DNA of 64,000 nt from Eledone cirrhosa (GCA_964016885.1 OZ024742.1:359166001-359230000), one strand, 5' to 3'; counted from the stretch's first letter, positions 12,701 to 27,000 are shown. Notes: generated by a model from the letters alone, not told the origin. Numbers and translations: made by a program.

Positions 12701-15594
12701 TAGGTCGACCATACAGATCACAAACTTGTGATCTGAATAGGCGACCGTTTCAAATCGTGGACAGCTTATACTATTTCTGTCAATTTTCCTAAGGAATATC
12801 CTGTCTATATACGATCTAGATGACCCTATGCGGTTAGCCCAGGTCCACACTGTCGCATTAGGGAAATCTAGTCGGTACTTGTCAGACAGTTGGAACTGGC
12901 TGATCAGGTTCTTGAGGCTTTTGCACCCCCCACTCCTATCGGATACTCCCACACAGTCCCAGCGTGCGTCTAAGATGCCGTTCCAGTCCCCCGCTAACAG
13001 TAAAGGGCGAGACGTGCCCAGAAAGGCTTCCAGGTGTCTAAAGAAATCCGGCCGCCCTGCCCCAGTAGGAGCATAGACGGCCACCAGTCTAAAGCCACCA
13101 TCTTCGTTATTGTTCACGTCCCGGACCACCAACTTCCCGTCCAGGTCCCGGAAAATCGACCTAACCTCGAGATCCAGGCCTTTCCTAAACAGCACTGCCA
13201 CCTTGCCTCCCATTCCCGGCCGGCTAAAAGATGCAAAGATCTGATAGTCGTCGAAAATGGGCGCTAGTGCGCGCGTGTCGGAAATCCTGGTCTCGCTGAC
13301 GGCAATTACATCCATTTCTAGAGACCCGAGGTCATCGAGGAGGTGACCCTGCTTCCAGGACGATCCCAGGCCTGGAACATTTAAACATCCTACTCTTAAT
13401 ACGGCCATGTTGGCAGGTTAAAAAGAGAGAGAGGAAAGGTTTACTTACCTTCCGGGCTCTTCTGAAGGTCGGGTTGTTCGACCTCCATAGTTGGTGGGGT
13501 TTCTTTTGAGAACCCCTTTAAAAGTCTTGAAGTTGGTTTTACGTTCGGGGTTCCCACGTCCCGAGGAAAGCTGTCTCGTATTTCTTTGAATAATTCGATC
13601 GACATTCGCACCAGAACCAAATCTTCCGGCACGCGAAATGTGCTTGATTTAAAATTTCCCCCTCTTATTGTATATTTTCACTTCGTGCTACGAGGGCCAT
13701 CAGTTCTTTGTTGGCCCTCCTGACGAGCACGAAGTTTTGTATGTTTTGTTGGTGTGATTTTATTTGTTTGCGTGGCTGTGGTGGTGATGGTTTTGGTGGT
13801 GTTGTTTCGTCGTGTCTGTGTTTGTTGTGAGTGCGGTGTCAGTGGTTTCAGATGTTTGTGTGTATATTTGTTCTTGCGTCTGTTTAGGTTGTTTGCGTTT
13901 GGGGGATTCTGGTGATGGTGGTGGTGGTGTTGATGTTGGAGAGATGTTTGCGTGGGTGGTGTCTGCGTTTTTTATTGTGGGTGATTTTGTGAGTTTTTCT
14001 TTTTTTGTGTTTCCTTTTTTGTATTTTGGGGGATTTTGGTTTTTCCTCATCTTCACTACTGGTAGATGAGGGGTCTGTGTCTGTAAGTGTGTCTGTATGT
14101 ATGTTTATGGTTTTATTGGTGTGTGTATAATTGGGGGGACGGGGAATTTGACAGCTTTCCTCGTTTCCCCGCTGGGTGGTCAATGTTGGTGGTGGTCTTT
14201 CTATTGGTATTGTTGTTGGGAGCTTTTGCCGGTGCTGGTGTTGGTTGTGGTCCTCGCCCCGGCGTCGGCAGCAGTGGAGCCTTTCGACCCTTGCCTCTTT
14301 CAGCAGTTGAGGGCAGAAGGCTCGCAAATGGGTTTTTTCCCCCAAAACAAAACACTGTGGCCTTTTGCCTTCTGTCATAATGTGAATTACCGTCCCATTC
14401 TGAAGTCGGATGTGGTCCGGGATTGTCTTCACATTCTCGGGCCTGATCTGAAGCAGGATCTCCAGGTCAACCCCGGACCAGTCCTCTCTGGCTGTTCTGT
14501 TCACTTCTATAAGGACGGTATCCGTCCCTCCACAATCACACATCCCAGAAGCATGTCAAGTCCTGGTGGGATTCTGGGAATGCAGAGACGGGCCATTCTT
14601 GTTCCCATGTGGGAGAGGTACAATATGACCTTGTTGGTTTTGCAAGGAGTCATAGCGTGTTTCATAGCGAGGGCTTCTGACTTGAACAACACCGAAATGG
14701 TGCCGTACTGTCTGCCCCTCTCTATGTATTCGGTGTCTTCTCTGATGCACCTCAGGCAACTTTGACATCTTCTTGTAGGATTAAAGCTGCCCTTTAGGTT
14801 TGTGCTGAGATGCATCTATAATGCACCGTTCTGCGCTCCACTGGCTCAATAGCTTCTACCGGGACAGTTAAGTTGGCCCAGGTTTGCTCTTGGTTGATGA
14901 GCTTCCATGCCTGGGCCAACTTTTCATCTTTGTTTGAGAGGTCCATGTTAAAGCATGGCCTCTTTTTTGCTGCTGCCGCAGCGAAAGTGTTCTTCTTGTT
15001 TTCGTTGTGGGTGTTGTTGTCGTTGTCGTTGTTCTTGTTGGTGTTGTTGTTATCACTGTCGCTGTTATCATTGTTGTCTTTGTTGCCACCGTTGTTCTCG
15101 GTGCAGTTGGTATTGTTGCTGTTGGTGTTGTCGCTATTTGTTTTCATGTTAGTGGTGTTGATATTGTTGTTGCATTTGTTTTTTGTTTTTTTTGTTATCT
15201 GTATTTTCGTTGTCGCTGTTACTATCATTTTTTTCAAAATTAAAGTTCTTATTGGTATCATTGGTGTCTTTGTTTACATTGTTTGTGGTGGTGTTTGTGT
15301 TATCAATGTGTGTTAATTTCGCTGTAGCGCTCCTCTCAACTTCTACGTCGTTGCGACACGACATCAGACATATCGCTGGGGGGCGTGGCTTAGCCATGTT
15401 TTTTTTTCTCCGTAAATTTGTTTAACATGTAAAAAAAGTTCAAATATTTGAGCCAAATATTATACTTACCCCTTCACGGAGCAAAGTGTAAGGGTTTATA
15501 TCCCTTACACAACAAGAAATATTTAACAACAAATAATTTTAACAGGCAAATAAAGCGACTTACTGGGAGCGAGCAAAATACATCCGCTTAGACC
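9762..15594 (-). mobile_element. Tx1/L1-clade LINE, element A, near full length, disrupted by frameshifts and stops
   Basis: ORF1 pieces 15397-13441 (Asn-rich, degenerate knuckle CFVLGEKTHLRAFC); ORF2 with APE (GCLNV, AVSET, AVYAP, AGDWN, YIDRI, SDHK), RT (KSPGLDGLP, FRPITLLN, LDQSKAFDRV, SVRQG, YADD) and a C-terminal TCPRCAQSDET zinc motif; AAT repeats at both ends. Confidence 0.93.
10051..13408 (-). pseudogene. ORF2 (APE-RT-zinc) of Tx1-like element A, broken into at least 5 ORFs
   Basis: ORFs 12662-13408, 12261-12659, 11385-12230, 10737-11366 and 10051-10782 are colinear pieces of one pol protein. Confidence 0.9.
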
Positions 15595-15624
15595 AATAAT
15601 AATAATAATAATAATGATAATAAT

Positions 15625-15871
15625 AATGATTTCATTTATTAGCCACAAGGGGACAATGTAGGTGACAATACAAGATAGTAGGGGTCGAGTAAAAGTGCAC
15701 AATGGCAACACTAATTTAACAATGAGGATATAAAAAATATAAAATAAACTATGGATAAATATAACAAAATAAATTCCCCGATAGGGGATGGACGCCCTGG
15801 GGTGACTCAGGTACCACACCAATCCTGAACCACCCAGCTCTTCTAGGGCACCCAGGGAAAGCACCCCTCTC
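15625..15871 (-). mobile_element. 3'-terminal fragment of a Tx1-like element related to A
   Basis: Same terminus (plus strand AATGATTTCATTTATT) and similarity to 9762-10000. Confidence 0.75.
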
Positions 15872-16290
15872 AATGCTTTCTTTATTAACCAGAAGGGTTT
15901 ACACAAAGTAGACAGTAAGGACAGTACAGGACACTACAGGATGGTACAAATGGGCATTTCCGCGTGTAAAAAAAAAGGAGGATGTAAGACAAAAGGAACA
16001 ATGAAAAATTCCCCAATAGGGGGGGGGGGAGACTTCCGAGGGCCATCGTGGAGAAAGCCCATTAAAAAAAGCCACGGTGACCCTGATTACCAGGGCAAGT
16101 GCCCTCTCCCAGTTTTCCACCTTTAATGTACAGACACATACTCAGAGTAGGCCCATTCACTCGGGTCATTCTTGCTTCTCTCACCCATCTTTCAACAAAA
16201 TGCTGGGACGAGAGCACTTCCCTCTCTACCCTGATATTCCTTTTCAAATGAAATTTGAAAAAGTTATTCAGGGCGTCACCGAAGAGGTAA
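15872..16290 (-). mobile_element. 3'-terminal fragment of the B/C Tx1-like family
   Basis: Encodes ...IRVEREVLSSQHFVERWVREARM..., as in ORF 16812-17156; ends in GAAGAGGTAA microhomology to the adjacent (AAG)n. Confidence 0.88.
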
Positions 16291-16299
16291 GAAGAAGAG

Positions 16300-16331
<32 letters not shown>

Positions 16332-16451
16332 AAGAAGAAGAAGAAGAAGAAGAAGAAGAAGAAGAAGAAGGAGGAGGAGGAGGAGGAGGAGGAGGAGGAG
16401 GAGGAGAAGAAGATGAGAAGAAGAAGAAGAAGAAGAAGAAGAAGAAGAAGA

Positions 16452-16482
<31 letters not shown>

Positions 16483-16560
16483 GGAGGAGAAGAAGAAGAA
16501 GAAGAAGAAGAAGAAGAAGAAGAAGAAGAAGAAGAAGAAGAAGAAGAAGAAGAAGAAGAA
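16290..16560. repeat. (AAG)n/(GAG)n microsatellite
   Basis: Direct read. Confidence 0.95.
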
Positions 16561-19500
16561 TGATTTCTTTATTAACCACAAGGGTTTACATAAAGTAGAC
16601 ATTAAGGACAGTGCAGGACAATACAGGACGGTACAAATGGGCATTTCTGCGTGTAAAAAACAAAAACAGAGGATGTAACAAAAAATAACAATGAAAAATT
16701 CCCCAATAGGGGGGAGACTTCGGAGGGACATTTGTGGAGAAAGCCCAGTAAAAGGCCACAATGACCCTGACCACCAAGGCAAGTGCCCTCTCCCAGTTTT
16801 CCACATTTAATTTACAGATATATACTCAGAATAGGCCCATTCACTCGGGCCATTCTTGCTTCTCTCACCCATCTTTCAACAAAATGCTGAGAAGAGAGCA
16901 CTTCCCTCTCTACTCTGATTTTCCCTTTCAAATGAAATTTGAAAAAGTCAATCAGAGCATCACCGAAGAGGTAAGTGCTCGTCTTCAGCCCTTTCAAACG
17001 TGTCCACCATACCATCTCTTTCGCCATGGCCACCAGACAGATAAAAACTGCCTGCCCTTCCCAGCTAAAGGAGGAGGGCGGGGCAATCCTCACGATAGAT
17101 TCAGATGATAGCCGATCCGTCCTAAACGCGACAGCAGGTGTTCGACATAAACCCACAAGTCAGCAATTTTCGGACACTGGACGAGTGCGTGCAGGACGGT
17201 TTCGTCGCCCTGCGCGCATCTCGGACATGCCCGGCTGACGGCACCTCCATGCCTGTAGAGTTTATTCCGAACTGGCAAGGCTCCTCGGTAGCACTGCCAG
17301 GCCAGAGATTTCTGGAAGTTGTCCATAGGCCCTGGCCCGAAAGTTCTTCCGAAGAGATTGGCTAGTTGATTTTCGTCGACGCCTAGAGTTTCCCCAAGTT
17401 CGTCGTCGCTCTTCCCCTCCACTAATCCTCTATAGAACGCCGAGGTGGAGTTTCCACCGATCACATTGCCCGATTGGTCGAGGGCTGTGAGCGCCTGAAG
17501 ACATTCCAGTCTCCAGGCGCTCCCTCTCGGTCTTCGCTGGACCCAGGACTGCAGCTCCGTCAAGGAAACGAGCTGGGGAAATACGTGTCTAGCAAACGGC
17601 GACCATACCTGATCACCGTCGAGGAAGAGGTGGAGATGTCGTAGACTGAGCGCGTCCCTGCGCATCATCAGCAAGGCATGCCCAGCCCTCCACGTAGCGG
17701 GTGTTGACAACAGATGGACCGCCTGACCATCGGAGCGCGTCCCTTCCACAAAAAGCGAAAGAGCAAACGCTCCAGCGCAGTCAGGCGAGGCTTAGGACAA
17801 GGTACGACGGTCAGGCGGTAGCAGATGACAGACGCGATGTACGCATTAGCCACCTCCGCTCGACCTTTCAGGGATAGCTTCCTCTCCGCCCATTTCTGGG
17901 TGAGAGAAGCCACCCTGCTCGTCACGTCGTCCAAGTTTTTGTCCGTCTGGAGGTCCGGACCGAACCAGACCGCTAGCAATTTAATCGGTCCGTCCGTTCA
18001 GCGTCCGACGACGCTGTTGGAAGGCATGGACCTGCCTCTCCAGGTGCCGAGCTGCAGGCCCACTGACCTTTCCTGGTTTATCATTGCTCCTGTCACCGCT
18101 TCGTATTCTCTTAGTGTAGTGCCGATCGCCTCGATGTGTTTGGCGTTCGACACCTCTACGGTGACATCGTCCGCATATGCTAACACGGATCTTACGCATC
18201 CTAGTTCGCGCGGGACGCCCCTCAACGTCTCCAGTTTGTGCAGTAATGGCCCGAGAGTCAATACGTACAATAGGGACGAGAGGGGACATCCTTGGCGGAC
18301 CGAGCGCATGATGTTGAACGGTCCGAAAGGTGACCGTTCACTCTCACCACAGAGCAGATGTCGCTGTGCATGGCAGCGATCCAGCCTCTGAAGACTGGCC
18401 CAAAGCCAGCCGCCCTTAGGACTGTCGCTAGGTAACGATGGTCGACCCTATCGAAAGCTTTCGACTGATCTAAATTGATCAAGGACACACCCGTGCCAGG
18501 TTCCCAAGCTACCCTCTCTACGATGTATCGCATGAGGTGGAGGTTGTCGTGGATGGATCTGTCGGGAATGGCGCATGTCTGTGCCTCTCCCACCAGACCA
18601 CCAACGACAAGCGCCAACCTCTTTTCTAGCACATTGGCCAAAATCTTGAACTCTGTGTTTAGCAGAGTTATGGCCTGAAATTATCTATGTTATCCCCCTT
18701 GTTCGGATCCTTTCTCAGCAGTGCCACCGCTCCTCGTCTCACAGAACTGGGAATTCTCCCGTTCTGTTTCCAGTTGCAGTAGACCTCCGCCAAGAGGCCT
18801 CCGAACAAGTCTGGCATCAGTACGTAAAGTTCATAGGGCAGACCATCCAAACCAGGCGATTTACCCCTTGTGCAGCCAGTCGTTGCCTCCCTTACTTCAG
18901 CGGCTGTTATCGGCTTTTCGAAACACTTCGACTCAGTGGCCGAGAGCCGCGGCAGTCCCTCCAGGTAGACATTAAAGTCCATCCCTCGATCCGGCCCACC
19001 GCTTCCCCCGAACAGCTGAGCGAAGTGTCGCTGAAAAGCTTCACACATTTTCCCGGGATCGAGTAGCATGCGCTCGTCGTGGTCCACCAAAAACCGGATC
19101 GTGGCTTTGTTGCCACGACGCGCCTCCGCCACTCGGGCCCATTGAACGGCTTTCGTGCCCTCGTGTCTGAGAGCACGCACCCTTGCTCTGACAACGCAGC
19201 CTTCGTGCTTTGCATTGAAGAATTGGCCAAGGGCCAATTTCGCCGCAAGGACGTCGGTCGCAATGCCTTTGCTAAGCGCCTCGTCTAATTTTCTAACTAG
19301 TTCTCCCTCTGCTCTATTTTTCTCTATTGCTAAAGCCTTACTAAACCTAATCGATTCTATTCTAATCTCTCCTTTCAGAGCAAACCACCACTTGTTGTTG
19401 ACGATGGCCCCCGTCAACGCCTGCCTAACTAGTTCGCTAATCAGGTCTCTGTAGGCCTTGCGCGCTGGTAAGGATGCGTTTAGCTTCCAGTAGCCGGGTC

Positions 19501-22277
19501 CTCGTCTATGACACCTATCTAAGTCAAGCACACGGATCACGAATTTGTGGTCCGTGTAGCTGACTATCTTGAATTATGGACAGCCTATGCTAGACCTATC
19601 TATTTCCCGACAAAATACTCTATCTAGATATGATCTGGATGACCCTATGCGATTTGTCCAAGTCCACATTGGCACATACGGGAAATCCAATCGGTACCTG
19701 TCAGACAGTTCAAAACGCCTGAGCAGGTTGGTGAGGCTCTTGCACCCTCCACCCCTATCCGCTAATCCCACACAGTCCCAGCGTGCATCTAAGATCCCGT
19801 TCCAATCGCCCACTAACCCTAAAGAGCGGGACGTTCCAAGAAAGGTCTCCAGACGCCGGAAGAAATCAGACCGCCCTGCTCCTGTCGGGGCATAGACGGC
19901 CACTAGCCTGAAAGATTGCCCGTCTCCGCTGGTCACGTCCAGCACCACCAACTTACCCTCTGGGTCCAGGAAGATGGCCCGTATGGCGAGATCCAAACCT
20001 CTCCGAAAAAGCACAGCAACTCCTCCCCCCGATTCAGGACGGCTGGGAGATGCGTCCACATCGTAGCCGCCGAAGATCGGTGCGAAGGCCCGTGCTTAGG
20101 AGATTCTGGTCTCGCTGATGGCCACTACATCTCTGTTTAGTGACCTAAGGTCGTTGAGCAGGTGACCCTTCTTCCATGACGACCCCAAGCGAAGCGCATT
20201 TATGCTGCCTATTCTGAGTGAGGTCATGTTTAAAATAGAGTGGAAAAGATGGGAAAGACCACTTACCGTACTTTTCGTAGAGGAGGGATGGTTTTTACAT
20301 CCCTTTTCACTTGATCGTCTGGTGAAGGGACCGTTGAATCGTCCCTTCGGCTGGTCGTCGGCTCTTCTATGAGTATGTCCGAATATACTTTCCGGTTGAT
20401 AGTTCCTCCTAGGTCTCTGAAATCACCAACTGCGCTGAGAAATTTACGTTTTAATGTTTGTGTATTGTTTCTGTGATATTTTTAGCAGTCTTATGTTAGT
20501 TGGCGTTTTGATTGGTGCTGGTATTATGTAGTCGTATTGTGAAATGTCTGTGTATTCAATTATGTAAGTCATTAGTTTCTTGTTGTGTGTATTTATTGCC
20601 GTGCATTTGTTTTTCTGGGGGTGGGGTGTGGTTCTGCTATTTTCTTGTCGTTGTTGCTGGGTGTGTGTGTTTGTTGTTGTGTTTGCGATGATGGTGCTTG
20701 TGTTGGTGGTGTTGAAGGTGTTGTTGGCGGTGGGGTTGTCGCCGGTGGTGATGGTGGTGCTAGTGTGGGTGGTGATGGTGTTGGTGGTGTTGCTGCTGTG
20801 AGTCTCTTTGCAGTAGACTTTACCCTTTTTTCATTTCTTTCCTCCCTTTTCATAGGCGGCGATGCGCTGCTTCTGCGTTTGTGCCTTCTTACGACCTTTT
20901 GCCATCCCTCTGCCACCTCACACTCCATGTCTGATTCTGTGAGGTTGGGGAGGGGTACCAGCTCCACTCTTTCACTTGTTGTTGTTGTTGATGTTTGCAC
21001 TCGAGTCTCTGTTGCAGCTGCATTTGGTATTGCTGTTGTTGTTGTTAATACGTCCACTGCTGCTGCTGTTTTTGATTTCCGTGGCGTGGGTATGGGTGCC
21101 ACGGACCTATCGTTCCTGGTTGCCGCTTGTCCTGTTGCTGGTAGCCGTGGAGCCGGTTTCGGAAGGAGGGGGGTTTTCTCCTTTCTCAGGGTCTTCTCGT
21201 TGCAGAAATTTTTTGCCCGCAGTAGGAGGGCACCAACACCATTTCCTCGCTACTTAGGGTCACTACGGATTGAGCCTTTGCCTCCTGGGGTGTGGCAAAA
21301 AGTACGTCTACGATGGCATATTTTTTGCCTTGGGTGATATGCGTTTTCCGCTGCCACACAGACCCCAAGGCTTTTTGTATTTGAGCCTCTGTGGCTCTTT
21401 CAACCCTACGGGATTTTGTACTTACTGTACGGTACGTGACCGTACAGTGCTGTTGGGTTTCGAAAAAATTTTCCGCTGCATTGCAGATTGCTCGGTGTCC
21501 GGTTGTTGTCACCATCTTCTTCGCTTCCTCTAATTCCTCATTTGTTATGATGATTGTTTCCAGGTTCTTTGCGATACCTGCAAACGAGTTGGTTTTTCTT
21601 TGCTGCTGTTGTTGTTGTTGTTGTCGTCAGAGCTGCTGTTACTTTTGTTGTTGCTGCAGGTACCACGACTACTGCCGCCGCCGCTGTTGCTGTGGTTGTT
21701 GTTGTTGTTGCTGCTGCTAATGCTGTTGTTGTTTATGCTGCTACTGATACTGTTCCGGCTGCTACTGTTGTTTTCATTGTCACTGTTACTGTTGTTATTA
21801 CGGCTGCTACTGCTATTATTCCTGACGTCAGACGAATGAAATGGGTTTTCGTATTTCCCGCACACCTGTTTCGTCGTTGTCGTCGTCGTCGTGGAGAAAT
21901 CTTGCACGCTTTGCACGAGACTTTTCTTTTCTGCCGTCGCTTGCGAAAGAGAAGGGAGGGAGAGAGACACATTTAAAGAAGGGAGGGAGAGAGACAATCT
22001 TCTCTCTGCTGTAGTGACGATTGAGGAAGAAGAAGACGGAATGAGTGTGAGTGACCTATGAAAATTCTTTTTCGTATCCATGTTGTTTTTTTTTGTTTAA
22101 AATAAATATTGGGCACAAAACCCCAATAAGCAGTTATTTAACCCCGAAGGGCCAAATCACGAGGAGGAGGGTGTTTTTGTCTACAAGTTGGTTTAAGTTT
22201 TAAACAATTTACAATTGTTATAGCGTTCAAAACTTACAATACCTTACAGAGCCGAGCCTCCGTCAACCATAGCATTC
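16559..22277 (-). mobile_element. Tx1/L1-clade LINE, element B, near full length, disrupted; ORF1 zinc-knuckle region deleted
   Basis: APE 19574-20227, RT pieces 17668-19540 (YADD), zinc CPRCAQGDETVLH, ORF1 pieces ~20270-22081; 3' flank (AAG)n, 5' flank (AAT)n. Confidence 0.93.
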
Positions 22278-22311
<34 letters not shown>

Positions 22312-22312
<1 letters not shown>

Positions 22313-23977
22313 GTGACGATCAAGAGAGGTATCTTCCAGGGAGATAGTCAGTCCCCTCTGTTGTTTGTCCTTGCCCTGATGCCCCTGACCATTATGCTGC
22401 GAAAAGTGAGAGCAGGATACAAGTTGGGAAAGGGAGTGCTTACCATCAATCACCTCCTCTTCATGGACGATCTTAAGCTCTTCGAGAAGAGGGAGAAGGA
22501 GTTGGATGTGCTTGTCGACACTGTCCGTATTTTCAGCAATGATAAATGTATGCAATTTGGTATTAGTAAGTGTGGAGTCATTGTGATGAGGAGGGGTAAG
22601 TTGAGCAGAAGTAACGGAATCCAGATACCAACAGGTGAGATGATAAAGGAAATTGACTCTGAGGAAGGATACAAGTATTTGGGCGTTCTGGAGTCTGATG
22701 ACATCAAGAACAAAAAAAATGAAGGAATTGATAAGAACTGAATACATTCGGAGAATAAGGAGCGTATTAAAGTCACATCTAAACAGTAGGAATGCCATAA
22801 GTGCAGTAAATTCCCGAGCTGTGTCTATTATTAGGTACAGTGCGGGAATTCTGAGATGGAATGTTGCTGAACAAAAAGAAATGGATAGGAAGACTAGGAA
22901 GCTATTGACTATCTACAATATGTTCCACAAGAGGAGTGATGTCGATAGACTCTACTTAAGGAGATCTGAAGGTGGAAGAGGTCTTATCAGCATAGACGAC
23001 TCTGTTCAGATGGAGAAAAACTACCTACACAAATACGTGACTCATAGTAAGGAGCCAATGCTCAGAACTGTACTGAAGGAGGGGACAATAGGCCGGGGAT
23101 GTCCAAGGAGGAAATAACATCAAGGAGAAAGAGCAGCCTTCAGGAAAAATCCCGTCATAGTACCTTCTTTGAGAAAACTGAATTTAGAGATCCACAGACA
23201 TGGAACTGGTTGAAACGAGGAGACCTTAAAAAGGCTACAGAAGGAATGTTAATGGCTGCGCAGGAGCAGGCCCTCAAAACGAAGTGGTTGAAACACCACA
23301 TTTGCAAGGAGGAGGCTAGCCCACTGTGCAGGATCTGTGGAGAGAGAGAGAGAGAGGAGACTGTGGCTCACATTGTATCCGAGTGTAAACACCTAGCCCA
23401 GACTCACTATAAGGGCTGGAGACATGATGTGAAGGGCAGGGTGATCCACTGGCACCTGTGCAAAGTGTTCAATTTACCACATTCTGAGAAGTGGTATGAG
23501 CATAAGCCAGAGGCGGTGATAGAAAACGATCAGATGAAGGTGCTGTGGGATTTTAGGATACAGACGGACAAGAAACTGGAACACAATAGACCTGACCTGG
23601 TGGTTTTGGACAAAGAAAAAAGATCGTGCCTCTTTGTGGATGTGGCCTGCCTATTCGACACGAGAGTGCAAGAGAAGGAGATGGAGAAAATTAACCGATA
23701 CCAGGGTTTAAAGTTGGAGTTAAAAAGGATTTGGAACTGCCATGATGTCAAAGTGACCGATTGCCATAGGCGCACTAGGGTCTATCCCAAAAAGTTTCCA
23801 GAGATGGTTAAAGAAAATTGGCCCTTCACGCTTTTTGAAACGCTTCAAAAGGCATGCTTGCTGGGAACAGCAAGAACCCTCCGATACGTCCTGAATATCT
23901 GAGGCTGCAGGTAGTGGCTTGATATTCATTTCAACAAACTTTCCAGTTAACTAACATCAATGACTGAGACTCAAAGA
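22312..23977 (+). mobile_element. 5'-truncated R4/Dong-like RLE non-LTR retrotransposon
   Basis: RGIFQGDS, LFMDDLKL, CRICGE...HIVSEC, RPDLVVLDKEKRSCLFVDVAC; flanked by (AAT)n; close relative of 26947-28607. Confidence 0.92.
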
Positions 23978-23986
23978 GTAATAACA

Positions 23987-24061
<75 letters not shown>

Positions 24062-24062
<1 letters not shown>

Positions 24063-27000
24063 GGGAAGAAGACGCACGAGGTGACGGAGGTCATGAAATC
24101 GCTCCCGTAAGTTTTGCATTTTTAACATATTTAAATCATTTGTGAAATAACAACTCTTAGTACAAATGCTACGTAAAGCACCCGGCTTGAGCCCCAAAAA
24201 ATTCGGACCCAAAATATATTGTTATAAGGCTCAAATATTCAAATATTCAACTTTGTATTGTACACTGTATATCCAAAAAAGAAAATGGCTATAAATGGAA
24301 GAAGAACCCCCCCCCCTCCTCTCCCTGTCTACACTATATAGGACAGCCAAACTCACCAACACCAGAAACTAGATACACCACCCACCCCATCATCTGTGTA
24401 CACTAAGCACAACAGCCAGATAACGGCATTTTCACCTTCACCACCACCGCTCACTACAGCCATCATAACCACCACTATCCCATCACCGCCGCCACCACTC
24501 CTTCACTCCTTCACTGCTGCCACCGCTACAGCACCATCACTACAGTAATACGGTCACATCACCGCCACCACTGCCTCGGTATCGACATCACCACCACCAC
24601 TGTCTCAGTATCGCTACCGCCGCCAGTCTCCCACTTCTCCCTGCTGGCTGCTACTTCCACATTATAGAATTCCTACTACTAACAAAGAGGAAGGCATCAA
24701 CATATATAGATAGACTCAAAAGAAAAAAGAAAAAACAAACAACAAAACCAAAGCAGCACAGCAACAACAGCAAAAAACGAGAAAAACAAACAGAGAAAAA
24801 CAAAAACAAAAAAAGAAACCCCCAAAACGTAAAGAAAATAAGAATGAAGAGAGAAGCAGGCGGACGGACAGAGAAGAGGGGGAAAAACTAAAACTTAAAA
24901 AACAAAAACTAAGTCAGACATTCGAACACTACATTACAATGAAACTTATGCTTATTCATTTTTAGGGCCCTTTCTGCCTGTGTGTTTGTTTGTTTATGTG
25001 TGTTCGTATACAGCGTGGTGATAATGCCACACAAGGGCCAAGTGGGATGGCGGATCCACAGATGGCTATGTAACCATACATTCGCCAATCCTCGATAAGA
25101 GTGTTTAAATATCGAACATAAACAGTTCGAATAACGGTGAAATGGAGACTAGAACGTCATGTGACAGACTCTCACCCAACAGGTGCCCCCTGGCTCAGCA
25201 GCAGGAACCTGACTGTCAACCAAATACTGCTGATGTTGGAGGGAGAAGAAGAAGGAAAGGGGCCAGAACCAACTGGACGAAAGAATTGAATAGAACTGTT
25301 ATGCAATGCTACCTGAAAAGTAACCCCAAGGAGAGGGGCTACAGGAGACGGATGCATAACATCTGGAACGAGATTGGTTTATTTAAATTAGATGAACAAA
25401 AATTGGCCGGGCAGGCTCGGGTAATAAGAACTAATGGGTGGATAAGCGAGCTGGAACTGGAGAAACTGAGCAGAGAGAATGGCTTGGAGATGGCGGGTGT
25501 AGTATGCCAGACAAGCGAGCCAGTGGGAAATGAAGGTGAAGAGGTCCTGAGAACGGAGGAACCACCCGAAGCAGACAATGATCTGAATACTGAGATAAAT
25601 AATACCTGGAACAGAGATACGGCCACTGAGGAGATGAATGCTGACGGGCTAGGACAAGATTCGGTTGACATCCTAAATTTAGTGGTAGATGAATTGAACA
25701 ATGATAGTGGGAGACCTATGAACCTAAGATTTGTAGACAGGAAAAAGTTAAAAGAAACAACAGCTAAGGTAAACAAAGTCATCCCATACCTTGAGGCGAG
25801 GAGCCTTCACCAGTGCAAAAATATCCTCAAAGCAACAGCAAATACGGTGAGGAAACTACTTGGTATAAAAGCGAGAGGAAACAACAGACAAGAAAGAGCA
25901 GAGCCGTGGTGGAAGAAGCGACTGAGTGGGCAAATCGGGGAAATGAGAAATGACATAGGAAAGCTTGAGTCACTACTGAATGGGACACTAAAAAACATAG
26001 GCACTAAAAATAGACTGGAAATAAAATACAAAACTAGGAGTAAAAAGCTAAATATTATCATAGAGGAATTGAAGCAACGCATTGTAGCAAAGAGTGCAAA
26101 AATCAGGCGATACGAGAACAGAGTCAGTCAGTATAAACAGAACCGCATGTTCGACAACAACCAGAAGATGCTGTTTGGACAGCTTGAGGGGAAAGAAAGA
26201 GGCAACGACTTGATCCCTGGGGCGGAACAAACTAAAACATTCTGGAGAGGAATATGGGAGCAGGATGTTAGACATAATGCCCAGGCAGGGTGGATTGAGA
26301 CAGTACAGAGGGAGATCGGTGAGCAGGCACAACAACAAACTGATTTGAGTATCACAGTTGAAACTCTTAAGGGGCAGGCCAAAAAACTAACCAACTGGAA
26401 ATCACCAGGCCCAGATGGTGTGCAGGGGTATTGGATTAAACATTTAACATCCCTCCACCCGAAGCTGACGGCCATGTTCAATGACTGCTTGGTGTCGGGT
26501 GAGGTGCCAGAGTGGTTGACAAAAGGTACCACAGTTCTGATAATGAAAGACCGAATCAAGGGTAATGATGTTACCAACTATAGACCTATCACATGTCTGT
26601 CCGTAATGTGGAAACTGTTCACGAGCATTGTGTCTGAGGAAATCTACCATCACCGCCACACAAACAACTTGTTACCGGACGAACAGAAAGGATGCCGAAA
26701 GAAGTCACGTGGTACAAAGGACCAGTTACTTAATGATAAGATGGTAATGGGGAATTGCAGGAGGAGACACACTGATCTTGCCATGGGATGGATAGACTAC
26801 AGAAAGGCATTTGACATGGTGCCTCATTCTTGGATCACCAAAAGCCTGGAGATCTTCAGGGTGGCAGATAACATCAGACAGTTGCTGGGCAGGAGTATGG
26901 GGTCCTGGGAGACAGAGTTGACATCAACTGGAGTATCCTTGGGAAGCGTGAAGATCAAGAGAGGTATCTTCCAGGGAGATAGCCTGTCCCCTCTGTTGTT

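Noticed and set aside
24068-24106. HHR at the 5' end of the R4/Dong-like element (GTGAC-ggag-GTCAT-GAAA)
   Set aside because: No CUGANGA-like core in register
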